Shown here: in pieces, positions 50,680 to 62,617 of the stretch | Layout of the letters: each line of letters begins with the position of its first letter | How positions within the stretch are numbered: position 1 is the first letter of the stretch | Assembly (NCBI RefSeq): GCF_009914755.1 | Contig: NC_060937.1 | DNA length: 64,000 bases | Reading direction: 5' to 3' (one strand) | Origin: the human T2T-CHM13v2.0 reference genome, Homo sapiens | The notes under the pieces: generated by a model | Told to the model about the DNA's origin: nothing | The model's input: the letters and a program-made list of their open reading frames with translations, nothing else | Database searches by the model: none | Program-made: the position numbers and the translations under genes

Positions 50680-51840
50680 TTGGCTTACATTCCCACCACT
50701 CTACTAACACTGATCTTGGTAGGTCCATCAATAATATCCTATTTACCAAATTAAATAAATTAGTTTTCTTCCTATTTTGCTGTTTCCTTCTCAGTCTTTT
50801 TTGCAGTTTCTTCTTCATCTTCTTGACCAGTACACAGTAAGGTACTTCAGGAGTGGAACTTTTTATTTTCTATCTACATTCACTTTTTAAATAAGCTCAT
50901 CACTTGCATGACTTTACAAACCATCATGACCCCGATTTTCTCTCTCCAGTACAGATCTCTCTCCTGAAATCTTGACTTGTATATGCAACTGCCTCTTTGA
51001 CATTTTCAGTTGGCTAATAGGCATCTTAAATCAAATATGTCCAATACTCAGGTCTGATATTCCCTCCACCTCCATATTCTCTATCTCCAACTTCATCATT
51101 CACGTTTCTCAGTCCAAAAGCTTGAAATCATCCTTAACTCTGTATCAACCCTACATCTAACCCTTCAGCAAATCAAAATGATTCTACCTTCAAAACATAA
51201 CCCAAATCCAACTACTTCTTATCAACATCACAGCTGGTCAAAGCTACAATAGTGTCTCAACTGGATTACTACAACAGTCTACCAACTATTTTTTCCCTGT
51301 TTTCATTCATACCCTCCACAGTCTATTCACTACTCAGCAACCAGAATGAGCCTGTTAAAATGATCACTCATACAACACATTCCTCAAAACCCTCTAATGG
51401 TGTTCCACCTCACACAGACTGAAAGCAGAAGTCCTTTCCATGGATTACAGAGCCCTACATGATCTTTCTTTACCTTCTGATTTCTCTCCTAATCACCTCT
51501 CCTTCACTCACTCTGCCCCAATACATTGTCCTTTGCTTTTCCTACAGTTCCCAGGTGTGCTCCTGCCTCAGCGTTTTTATACTGGTTATCCCTTCTGTCT
51601 GAAATACTTTCTACCCACAGGACTTCTCTCCTTCAGAAATTTATTCAAATGTCATCTTCTCAGTGACAGCATCCATTCCTCAATTGATATATTATATACT
51701 TATTTACTTACTTGACTGACAGTCGCCCTTCATTGAAAAATAAGCTCCACGAAGGTAGAAACTTCTGTTTTGCATACATCTCCAGCACAATAGTGCCTGG
51801 CTAATTGATTGGATGGAAGGATGGATGGAATGAATAATCT
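50680..51840 (+). mobile_element. L2 fragment, heavily diverged
   Basis: L2-type motifs (GATTCTACCTTCAAAA, TAAGCTCCACGAAGG, CAGCACAATAGTGCCTGG) and a TGGA/TGAA end. Confidence 0.7.
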
Positions 51841-53548
51841 TTTTTGAGTGAATATTATAACTCTTCATTTAACAAGGCATCTTTGCAGCATTTGAAACAG
51901 TTGCTATTACTTTCTTCTTCAAACAGTTGTTCCCAATGCTCTCTAAGAATACTCTCCGCAGTTCTGCTTCTATCTCTAACCACTCTTCCTCTGCCTAATA
52001 TGAAGGTTCTTTCCCTACTTATCCAATCCTGAAATGTTCAATCTGCAGACAGATTTTTCCTCTCTTTATACTTGCATTCCTTAAGTTGTTACATCCATCC
52101 CCATGAATTCAACTAACACCCACACATTAACGGGTTCCAAGTATTTATCTTTAATATCAAAATACCTCTAGAACCAGGTCCATATTTTCAAGTCTGCTAG
52201 ATAAAACCACCAGAAAAACCTCAAATTCAAAAGGGTTCTAGTATATGGAATTATTTAGCCCCCACCACAAATGTGATCCTTCTCCCACTTTATCATATTA
52301 ATTAACAGCAACTATACTCACGTGTCCAAGGTAGGATTTATGGACATTTTTGATTTCTCACTTTCTCTCATATCTCCCTTAACCCACCTCATATTTCATC
52401 AGTTAGTAACATGTATCATCCTTCTTCTGAAACATTTCTCATATTTGTTTAATTCTTATTTCACTGGCCTACTTCAGGTCATTACTGCTTTGACCAGAGC
52501 TAGTCATCATGCTACACTGCTTAAAAAAAAAACAAAACACATATTAAAATAGTTATTTATTGAAATATCTGATGCTCCTCAGACATTAATATTGTAACTT
52601 CCTCAGGAGCTGAAATCAGATTGTATCCATTTCTGTATCACTACCTTTCTATATGCATATAATTTGCCAAAAAATGAATGCTCAATTAGTGTTTGTTGAA
52701 CTAAATAAAAATACTAAATGTAAGATCCAAGTTTCTTAGAAAAAAACTATGGCTCAGATTACATTATCAATGGATAAGTGGCAGTATATCCTTTCTAAAT
52801 CACCAAGAGAACTTACCAATTTAACCACTGTTATGATGCAGTCTTAACTGAGACCAAGAGCCAAGACACGTTACTAGAAGCCTGGATGTATTTGTTACTA
52901 AACTGTAAGAAAGCATACTATTCTCAAAGTATAGCAGATTCAGAATGAGAGGGTTTTCTTTAAGACATCCTTAACTAAAAGCTAGAAAGTATTTCATGAC
53001 TACAGAAACATGTTTTTAGAGTATGAACATCACATGATGAGCACCATCTGGGGAATGAAAGTCATTCCAGCCACTTTTATAGCTTGTTCAGAAAAAAGAA
53101 AGGTATTGTGAATTCTATCTGATTGAATTTTCAGTGACTAATAATTTTTCCTTAAAAATAGTCTAATTAAGTAATTACACTAAAATTTAAATGGATTTCT
53201 AATTTGAATGCAACTATACATTAATTTCTATGATAATCTAGGAGAAAAAATAATTATCATTTATCAAGGAAAAGTTAATGTGTATATATACATACCTTCT
53301 TAATTTACCATTATAATACATACTTCTATTTCTTAAGTAAACATTTTTTTCCAAATTCAACAATATTTTATTAATTTTTACCTCTTCTAATTCAAAACTA
53401 TTTGAGCACATATATTTCACCCACCTATAAATATTAGCTTAAAATAATGCTTTGAGGTAAATGTAGAAACTTACAATAACAAACAGACCACATAGACTTC
53501 CCAGAACAGATGATAAAGAATTATATCAATAAATACTCTTCCACTCTT

Positions 53549-53559
53549 TTTTTTTTTTG
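53549..53559 (-). mobile_element. Minimal C+A10 insertion between 14-bp TSDs
   Basis: ACTCTTCCACTCTT at 53535-53548 and 53560-53573. Confidence 0.7.
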
Positions 53560-54424
53560 ACTCTTCCACTCTTAAGAAAAGCTATTTAAGATGCTAATCT
53601 GGTTGTATACATCATTGTGTAATGATCTTACAAAAAGAAAGTACTTCATTAAGATCAGACAAATGAACTTAAGCCCTCCCACTTGACAGTTTACTGAGTT
53701 ACAACTGTCCATTAACTAGCTCTTCACATAATTAAGGTGAGAAGACAGCCATACTTTCTCCTCTTATCTAATACCAATCCCTTTTTCCTTTTTAAAACAC
53801 TCTACATTCAAATTTGAAATCATTTCTGTTCCAATATAAACGCAATCATTTTTCTACGTTCCCCTTAATTATGGTTAAAATAAAGACCAAAAAATGAAGC
53901 AACACTAGCTACTTTATTAAGAAAATTCAACTCTTTAAAGATATTCTATAACTTTATAATAAATTTGTATGACTAGTTTTGAAATTACAGACCAAAAAAT
54001 ACATCAAAGTGGTTTCTTGGTAAAGATAAAGACCTTTGTTCATAACTGACTTTATTAGACACTGAATATCTTCTCTCAGTTTTTTTCACAAAAAACATTA
54101 CATTGCTTCATTTTATCAGAACTTCTCATGAGTTTCTTCCTCCCTGAGGATGTGCCCTTGTTCCCAAGGCACTGCACATTGGGCTGAGGGGCATTAAAGT
54201 TCATCTGGAGTCACGACCTTTGATCTTAAACACTAGGTACTCTACTTCGATGACCAATGGCCAATTTAGCTTAGGTGTTGATTAAATCAAAGATAAGTTC
54301 CGGTTCTCTTTTTCCCCAGCACCTGGAATAAACCTTGAAGTGAACTATATTGTCAGAAGATGGTAATTTCCTGACTCCTTGAGCCTATGAATTAATCTCC
54401 CCATTTCCACATGGTTCTTAATAT

Positions 54425-54498
54425 CCACCCTCCTCCTCTTTCTGCTGCTGTTCCTCCTCCTCCTTCTCCTCCTACTCTTCCTCTCTCTCTCATACATA

Positions 54499-54543
<45 letters not shown>

Positions 54544-54545
54544 TT
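54425..54545. repeat. (CCT)n / (CT)n / (CA)n compound microsatellite
   Basis: Directly visible. Confidence 0.9.
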
Positions 54546-55344
54546 CTTCTCTTTCATCATTGGTTATTTCACTGCTTCCATCCTCTGCTGTCTCTTCCCT
54601 CCTTTGTCTCTTTATTGACCATTATTTTCCCCTTGCTTCTTTTTGCTTCTCTTATAGATTCCGTCTCTAACTACACCTCTCTTCTCATTATCTATTAGGA
54701 ACAGCTGTATATTAATTTTATCTTATTATTATTATTGACATAACCAGTCAATGAAAATACTGTTTCTTTGGGTTCTTTGGCTAACTGCTCTGAAAAAAAA
54801 AAAATACCACTTAAGTAATTAGAATCCAATGTTCCACTCTTCTAAGGTCTTCTCATTATTAATAGATACACAGAGGGTGTTGTGTATCCCAAAGACCCTG
54901 GGTAGATTTGAAGATAAGGGAGAGAGAAATACCATTCCATATGCTTAACGTTGTCAAATCCTGGCCTCCAGAAACTGAAGGTTCTATACAGAAAGCCATA
55001 CAGCTTAGTGGTCACATTCTATTTCTTAGAAATCCACACCTTGAGCCAAACCATGTAAGAAAAACAAAAACCATCTTTCATATGGAGGAATTAATTTTGG
55101 TGAGCCAATAAGTCTCTGCCAAGGGTCAACACTTTAAACATATAGTTATAAGACATTTTAGAGTGTGACTGGCCTTTTGGAAAACACCACTGTTAACTAT
55201 ACAATGAGGAAATTATGCCACACATATTTTAAAAGAAAACCATGCCCCACGTATTATAAACCACTTATGACAAAAAATGAGACCTTCATTAGTTTAAATG
55301 AAAGCTCTATAGCAATTTCCATAGTTTTATATAAAATACTTGCT

Positions 55345-58300
55345 TTTCAAGTTAATAACCTTCACCCAGTTTCCTCAATGGTTAACATTTTTTTAGCACA
55401 TTTCCCCCTCCCTCCTACTCCCCCTGCCTATTTTATCAGTTATCTTTATCTGAACAATTTGAGAGTAAGCTGCAGATATGATGCCCCTATACCCCTAAAC
55501 ACTCCAGTTGGTATTTCCTGAAAACAAGAACTGTGGCCAGTATAATCACCACATAAGCCTCCAAATGAGGAAATCCACTTAATATAACACTATTATCCAA
55601 TCCACAGACCCTACTCAAGTTTTACCAACAGTGCCAATATTGTCACTTGCTTCTAATGGTCCAGGATTTAATTCAGGAACATATGATGCATTTAGCTATC
55701 CAATCTCTTCAGTCTCCTTTAGCCTGGAACATTTCTATGTTTTTCCCTGTCTTTCATGTCTGAACAGTTTTAAAGAATAGAGGCCTATGTTCTATACAAT
55801 GACCCTCAACCTAGAAATCTACAATATTTCCTCATGGCCAAACATACATCATGAACTCTCAGCAAAAATTCCCCAGAAATGGGGAATTTGGGAGGCATAC
55901 AATGTCAATTTGTCCCACCTGGTCAAGTTGAAGTTTACTGTAAAAATACCACTTTCTTGTTTTGTAGTCAACTGAGTCTTTTGGAGGGAGATATTCAGAG
56001 ATTATGTCAATACCCTGTGTCTCATAGAGGCTCCACCTGCCAGCTTTAACATCCTTTGATGACTCCTGTCTAAATTAACTGCCACTCTGATGGTTGCCAA
56101 ATGGTGTTTTTTCTATTTATGTAATTCCTTCTAGATTCACAAGTAGGCATTTTACACTTTAAAAGAGAACTCCCATCTCCATATTTTTTGTTCATTTCTA
56201 TCAGTATGGACTCATGGATTCCTATTTTATGTAACAGGTTAAAACCAATTACCATCATCATTTATTTTTATGCTCAAATTGTCCCAGATTTCAGCCACTT
56301 CAACCTGGGAACTCCATCATTTTGACATATCGACATCATTTGTTGAATATTTCCTTACTCTCTGGCACAAAAAGATGGTCCAGGCTCATCTTCTGCATTC
56401 CCTGACCTAATCCTTTTAGAGAGCATGGTATTTAGAAACCAATGTCCAGGTACTTGGTATGATCACTGCTACTAGAACATCATAGTTTTTTTTTGCCGGG
56501 GGGGGGGGGGGGGGGGGGGGGGTAAGGTCACAGATCAACAGGATAAGAATTTTTCTTAGTACAGAACAAAATGAAAAGTCTCCCATGTCTACCTCTTTCT
56601 ACACAGACACGGCAACCATCCGATTTCTCAATCTTTTCCCCACCTTTCCCCCCTTTCTGTTCCACAAAACCGCCATTGTCATCATGGCCCGTTCTCAATG
56701 AGCTGTTGGGTACACCTCCCAGACGGGGTGGTGGCCAGGCAGAGGGGCTCCTCACTTCCCAGTAGGGGCGGCTGGGCAGAGGGCTCCTCACTTCCCAGTA
56801 GGGGCGGCCGGGCAGAGGCGCCCCTCACCTCCCGGACGGGGCGGCTGGCCGGGCTGGGGGCTGACCCCCCCACCTCCCTCCCGGACGGGGCGGCTGGCCA
56901 GGCAGAGGGGCTCCTCACTTCCCAGTAGGGGCGGCCAGGCAGAGGCGCCTCTCACCTCCCGGACGGGGCGGCTGGCCGGGCGGGGGGCTGACCCCCCCAC
57001 CTCCCTCCTGGACGGGGCGACTGGCTGGGCAGAGGAGCTCCTCACTTCCCAGTAGGGGCGGCCGGGCAGAGGTGCCCCTCACCTCCCGGACGGGGCGGCT
57101 GGCCGGGCGGGGGGCTGACCCCCCCACCTCCCTCCCGGACGGGGCGGCTGGCCTGGCGGGGGCTGACCCCCACCTCCCTCCCGGACGGGGTGGCTGCTGG
57201 GCGGAGACGCTCCTCACTTCCCAGACAGGGTGACTGCCGGGACGGAGGGGCTCCTCACTTCTCAGATGGGGCGGCTTCCGGGCGGAGGGGCTCCTCACTT
57301 CTCAGACGGGCGGTTGCCAGGCGGAGGGTCTCCTCACTTCTCAGACGGGGCGGCCGGGCAGAGACGCTCCTCACCTCCCAGACGGGGTCGCGGCCGGGTG
57401 GAGGTGCTCCTCACATCCCAGACGGGGCGGCAGGGCAGAGGCTCTCCCCACATCTCAGACGATGGGCGGCCGGGCAGAGACGCTCCTCACTTCCTAGATG
57501 GGATGGCGACCGGGAAGAGGCGCTCGTCACTTCCTAGATGGGATGGCGGCCGGGCAGAGACGCTCCTCACTTTCCAGACTGGGCAGCCAGGCAGAGGGGC
57601 TCCTCACGTCCCAGACGACGGGCGGCCAGGCAGAGACGCTCCTCACTTCCCAGACGGGGGTGGCGGCCAGGCAGAGGCTGCAATCTCGGCACTTTGGGAG
57701 GCCAAGGCAGGCAGCTGGGAGGTGGAGGTTGTAGCGAGCCGAGATCACACCACTGCACTCCAGCCTGGGCACCATTGAGCACTGAGTGAACCAGACTCCG
57801 TCTGCAATCCCAGCACCCCGGGAGGCCAAGGCTGGCGGATCACTCGCGGTTAGGAGCTGGAGACCAGCCCGGCCAACACAGCGAAACCCCGTCTCCACCA
57901 AAAAAATACGAAAACCAGTCAGGCGTGGCGTCGCGCGCCTGCAATCGCAGGCACTCGGCAGGCTGAGGCAGGAGAATCAGGCAGGGAGGTTGCAGTGAGC
58001 CGAGATGGCAGCAGTACAGTCCAGCTTCGGCTGGGCATCAGAGGGAGACCGTGGAAAGAGAGGGAGAGGGAGACCGTGGGGAGAGGGAGAGGGAGAGGGA
58101 GAGCAATCCTATTTTTTTAACTAAATATGAGAACATCATAGTTTTTAGGCTGCCTTAGGAGACAGCTAGAAAATATGTGTATGTATACATATACACATAC
58201 TATCTCTATCTATTTGTTCATATATATTGTTTAAAAAAAGTCATGATTCATAATAACACCAATTCCAATCCAATACCTTAGAGTTTTTTCTTGCCTTCCC

Positions 58301-58430
58301 CCTTTCCATGGTTATAAATCCCTCATCCAACAGTGAGAAGCATAACTCTTATTATCCTTAATATATTCATTCATTTGCTCAATCTATTTACTTATTTGCT
58401 CAACATAACCAATCTCCCAATCACACCAGC
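55345..58430 (-). mobile_element. Old L1MC-like 3' region hosting the SVA
   Basis: TTTGAGAGTAAGCTGCAGA, TATGCTCAAATTGTCCCAGATTT and TATTTAGAAACCAA motifs; the element continues after the SVA TSD. Confidence 0.65.
56491..58129 (-). mobile_element. SVA (probably D-like): CCCTCT hexamers, Alu-like domain, VNTR, 3'-truncated SINE-R
   Basis: (GAGAGG)n at about 58060-58103; GC-rich VNTR at about 56715-57670; SINE-R at 56523-56710. TSD AGAACATCATAGTTTTT at 56474-56490 and 58130-58146. Confidence 0.96.
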
Positions 58431-58499
58431 CCCTGTGTGTTTGCTGCCCTATTTATCACAGCTGTCTTCTTGTTGGAATGCTGATACCTCCATGCCTGG

Positions 58500-58636
58500 T
58501 AAAGAATGGAGGGGAAGGGAAAGGAAAGAAATAAGGATGGGGAGAGAAAAATAGGAAAGGTGGGGAAAGGAGTGAGGGGAAGATGGGAAAAGGCAAGGGA
58601 AGGGAAAATGGGAAAAGAAAGGAAAGAAAGGGAAGC
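58500..58636. repeat. GA-rich low-complexity tract
   Basis: Almost pure purine on plus, immediately inside the intron after the donor at 58646. Confidence 0.85.
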
Positions 58637-58646
58637 AGACACTCAC

Positions 58647-58751
58647 CTTTAAAACACCTTCCACAGCCATCTTCCCTTCATGACCTAGTAAAATACTATA
58701 TGGATAAAGCCACTGGATTGCATGTTTGATTGGCATCATAGGAAAGGAATC
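58647..58751 (-). CDS. VWA8: VWA8 exon (~9), 105 nt, DSFPMMPIKHAIQWLYPYSILLGHEGKMAVEGVLK
   Basis: tag|GAT ... AAG|gtgagt, phase 0/0. Overlaps ORF 58449..58739. Confidence 0.95.
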
Positions 58752-59416
58752 CTATGTAGGAGCAAAAATACATAGGAATGAGCAAAATTCAAAATAATCA
58801 CAGAAAACATCTGAAATGTACATATGACATTAAAATTGACTTATAAAAGTAACCAATAGGTGTCTGGTATTTTCTGTAAGTCTACAAAAGCAAATATTCA
58901 TTATTTTCTCTTCTCATTCCTTGCCCTTTCTCTGGGTAAGCTTACCCATTCCCATCTTTCATTTATCTTCTATGTATTGATGGCTCCCACACTTCTATGT
59001 CTGGTCTTGACTTCTTTCTTGAGCTCTAAACCTGAACCCTCAATTGTTCATTACATGTGACTATATGAATATCCCATAGACCCCCATTTGAAACAGAATA
59101 CATGTCTCTACCTTATTCATCCCAAAGTACCTGATCCCTTTTTATTCCTAAGTTAATCTCATCCACATTCACTTAGCTTCACAGTTATAACTACAAAATT
59201 AGAAAGTATTCATTATCCTCAAATCCTTCCTCACATTATCTGCACTGTCAATTCTGTTCACCCCACTTTAAAAGTCTGTTGACAAGAAAGATTAGTGAAA
59301 TTTCAATATGAACTATCTATTAGATGATACTATGGATTACTGTTAACATGATATGAAGTGTGATAATGTTGTTCTGGTTATGTAGAAGAATGTCCTAATT
59401 CTTAGAAGTTGCATAC

Positions 59417-59786
59417 TGATATGGTTTGGCTGTGTCCCCACCCAAATCTCATCTTGAATTGTAGCTCCCACAATCCCCACGTGTCATGGGAGGGACCCAG
59501 TGGGAGACAACTGAATCATGGAGGCAGTTAACCTCCATGCTGTTCTCATGATAGTGAGTTCTCATGAGATCTGATGGCTTTATAAAGGGCTTTTCCCCTC
59601 CTTCACTCTGCACTTTTCTCTCCTGCCACCATGTGAAGGACGTGTTTGCTTCCTCTTCCACCACGATTGTAAGTTTCCTGAGGCCTCCATAGCCTTGCAG
59701 AACTGTGAGTCAATTAAACCTCTTTTCTTTATAAATTACCCAGTCTCAGGTATTTCTTCATAGCAGCGGGAGAACGAACTGATACA
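59417..59786 (+). mobile_element. THE1 (B/C-like) solo LTR
   Basis: TGATATGGTTTGGCTGTGTCCCCACCC ... GATACA; TSD CATAC/CACAC. Confidence 0.92.
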
Positions 59787-60140
59787 CACACTGAAGTATT
59801 TAAGAGTACTGACTGCAATTTACTTCCAAATGGTTCAGGAAAAAAAAAAAGAAAAAAGCACATGCAAACAAATGTGGCAATATATTAATAATGGGTGATT
59901 GTAGGTGAGGGGATTATGAATGTTTTACTGTTTTTCAACTTTTTTTTACATTTGAGAATTTTCAAAGTAAAATGTTCTAAGCAAAAACAAAAGATTTCAT
60001 AAGAATTTTCAAAATAAAATGTTCTAAGCAAAAACAAAAAGATTTGATAAAAGTATAAGATTTGATAAACAGGAGGAGAAATTCTGTTCTGGATGTATAG
60101 AACAATGTCAACAATACCTAGGCTCCCTGACTCACATGAA

Positions 60141-60191
60141 ACATACATATATACATACATACATACATACATACATACATACATACATACA
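60141..60191. repeat. (TACA)n microsatellite
   Basis: Directly visible. Confidence 0.9.
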
Positions 60192-61175
60192 AGTTTAAAA
60201 ATAAGTCTCTTGCCTAAGATAGTATTCCCACTATCTTGGATGGTGCCCTCCTCCACAGGGTCTCACTGAGTGTTACAAAAGCTTCCTAGTCATTCCCTCA
60301 CTTCCAACAAAGGTGTCTTCCTCCAACATAAGTCTGGTCACATTCATAGCCCACCAACTTAATATTGTCTGATAAGCCACTTTTTCCATATCATAAAATC
60401 CAGGAAACTTCATTCATCATGCAAAACATTTCACAATAGCGGTCTGACTTCTCCCTCTACCACACACACTTGCTTTAGGGATACAACTTATTCTCATTCT
60501 CCAAAGATACTAGGCCCTTTTGTGATTAAACACATTTGCCTGTGCTTTGACTTCCTGGGCCTTTTATCACTCCAGACATGACCGCCATGCCCTTTGTGAA
60601 ACTGTAGTGGACAATGTCTGTACTCTATCAGATCCCCTCAGATCTGTTTGCATTCTCTCTTGTGCCTCCTAGCTTTCTCTTCCAACAGCAATTGCTGTAG
60701 GTCTTTCTAAGAAGACGATCCTTGGGCTCTTGAAGCCACCCTTGCACACATGCTGGGAGAGCAGTTAGTGTCTGGGAATTTGTGTCCCCTGAGACAACCA
60801 TGACACAGAGACTGATGGAAGCTAGAACAGTGTGAAAGCCCTAGCTCCCCTAACTCAGGTAAGGACAGCTCTGAGGCCTAACTCACACTGCAGCACACCT
60901 CTTACTTGATCAGGCTAAAGCCTTCCTTCCCTCTGTAGAACTTTACTGAGATTGCATGTCTAGCTCCTACTCCAAAGCTGAAAGCTCTTTAGGGGCTCAG
61001 AACATGTCCTTGGTCTCTGTACAGTTTACTGCACTGCACAACAAATTAATCTCAGGCCTTACAATATTTATAGAAGAGTATGACAAAAGCAAACTGAAGT
61101 CATTAATCCCTAATGATTAACTTTCAAAATTTTTAACATATTTGGGTATGCCAGTCATTAATTTATTTTACTTAC

Positions 61176-61284
61176 CAAGATTTGAACCGCAGCTGCTAAA
61201 CTATCTAAAGGAAAGTCTGGAAGTCCAAGAGTAGAAGATTCTTGGGAACACAGAGTTGTGGCAAAGGACAAGAGCTGAGAAACT
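61176..61284 (-). CDS. VWA8: VWA8 exon (~8), 109 nt, (K)VSQLLSFATTLCSQESSTLGLPDFPLDSLAAAVQIL
   Basis: tag|AGT ... TTG|gtaagt, phase 2/0. Confidence 0.95.
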
Positions 61285-62036
61285 CTAAGGGAAAAATGAT
61301 ATTAAATTTTAATAGTTTTAAAATATAAAATGTGTAAGTTGTTAAATATAAAATACAGGGGCCAATTTAATTAATCTAAAAAAGATCCCTAATATTAATT
61401 CTTAAGGAACAATGGTTCCGCATCATAATATCCTACTTAAAACTCAGAAGCTGATTAGATGCAAATATATTCCTAAATTCATCACAATATTTGAGGTTTT
61501 TCACCACCTGGTCCAAATCTACCCTGCCAGCCTCATCTCTCACATTTCGTAATCCCAAACCTAAACTCTAGCCTCCAAGAGTTTTTTATGGCCCTAAAAA
61601 CAAGGCATAAACTCTCACATTCCATGCTTTTAAAACAAACAAACAAACAAAACAAAAAAAAAACACTTGTTGTGTTCGAATTTCTTGATTCCACTCTCTA
61701 TCTGGCAAAAACTTGCTCATTATTTAGGACCCATTTCAAACACCAATGCTTTTATGAAGCCCTTATAAAGTCTCAACTAATGCCCCCAAATATTTTCAAA
61801 TTATGGCACTTACTATACCATGTTAACCAAAGCTATTCACATATCTTTCAACTCTATTAGATCTTGAGTTTCCTGCCAAAGATATCTTATTAATTTTATC
61901 ACCAAACATCCTAATACTGAAAAATTCTTATAAGAATTCTAGTTGTTGAATGACTGAATTAATTAATCAATCAATCAATGAACAGGCAAAACAAATTCAA
62001 TATTCAGTGTCCAGACATTTATAAAAATATACTTAC

Positions 62037-62086
62037 TTCTCAGCAGAAACATTGGCTCCAATTGAATATAACAACTTAAGTTGGTC
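62037..62086 (-). CDS. VWA8: VWA8 exon (~7), 50 nt, DQLKLLYSIGANVSAE(K)
   Basis: tag|GAC ... GAA|gtaagt, phase 0/2; continues the frame. Confidence 0.94.
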
Positions 62087-62452
62087 CTAAAGTAATACAG
62101 AAACATATTAAATTAATTAACAAGAAATGTAACAGATTAAATGCAAATGTTTTGTAGATACAATCCAACCTTTTAATTAAGCAGACACTAAATATTTAAC
62201 AGCAAAAAATCATTTATTGATACATTTCATTTTCTAAAAGAAAAGCCAGCCTTTTAAAAAAAATCCTTCAAATAATGCCATAATAATTTTTCTTCCTAGT
62301 TTCCAGAGCTTTTCTTTACTCTTTATTCTCATATCTTTCCATGACCTACTCAGGAAGACATTCAAAACTGCAGTAACATTTTTATAGCATTGAAGTTCTT
62401 GTTATAAATAGAAAAACTGTTTAACAAATAAATTATCCTTGGTCTTACTTAC

Positions 62453-62617
62453 CTTGAAGGGTAAATAATAAATATCCCTGGCTTGAAATCGAGAACGAAG
62501 AGGGGGGTCTAATGGATTCCCAGAATACCTTGGCACTGGCAAGCCCAAGGCAATCACTCGGAAATTTTCACTAACTCGGACAATTTTCCAAGAATCCAAC
62601 TCTTTTTTGGTATGATC
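62453..62617 (-). CDS. VWA8: VWA8 exon (~6), 165 nt, DHTKKELDSWKIVRVSENFRVIALGLPVPRYSGNPLDPPLRSRFQARDIYYLPFK
   Basis: Acceptor tag|GAT, donor AAG|gtaagt, phase 0/0. Contains an LDPPLRSRF arginine-finger-like motif of MoxR/midasin-type AAA+ proteins. Overlaps ORF 62402..62599. Confidence 0.96.

Noticed and set aside
56715-57670. GC-rich repeat array with many overlapping ORFs, as a CRISPR-like array or CpG-island promoter
   Set aside because: It is the SVA VNTR. There are no unique spacers, and the ORFs reflect GC-rich repeat composition.
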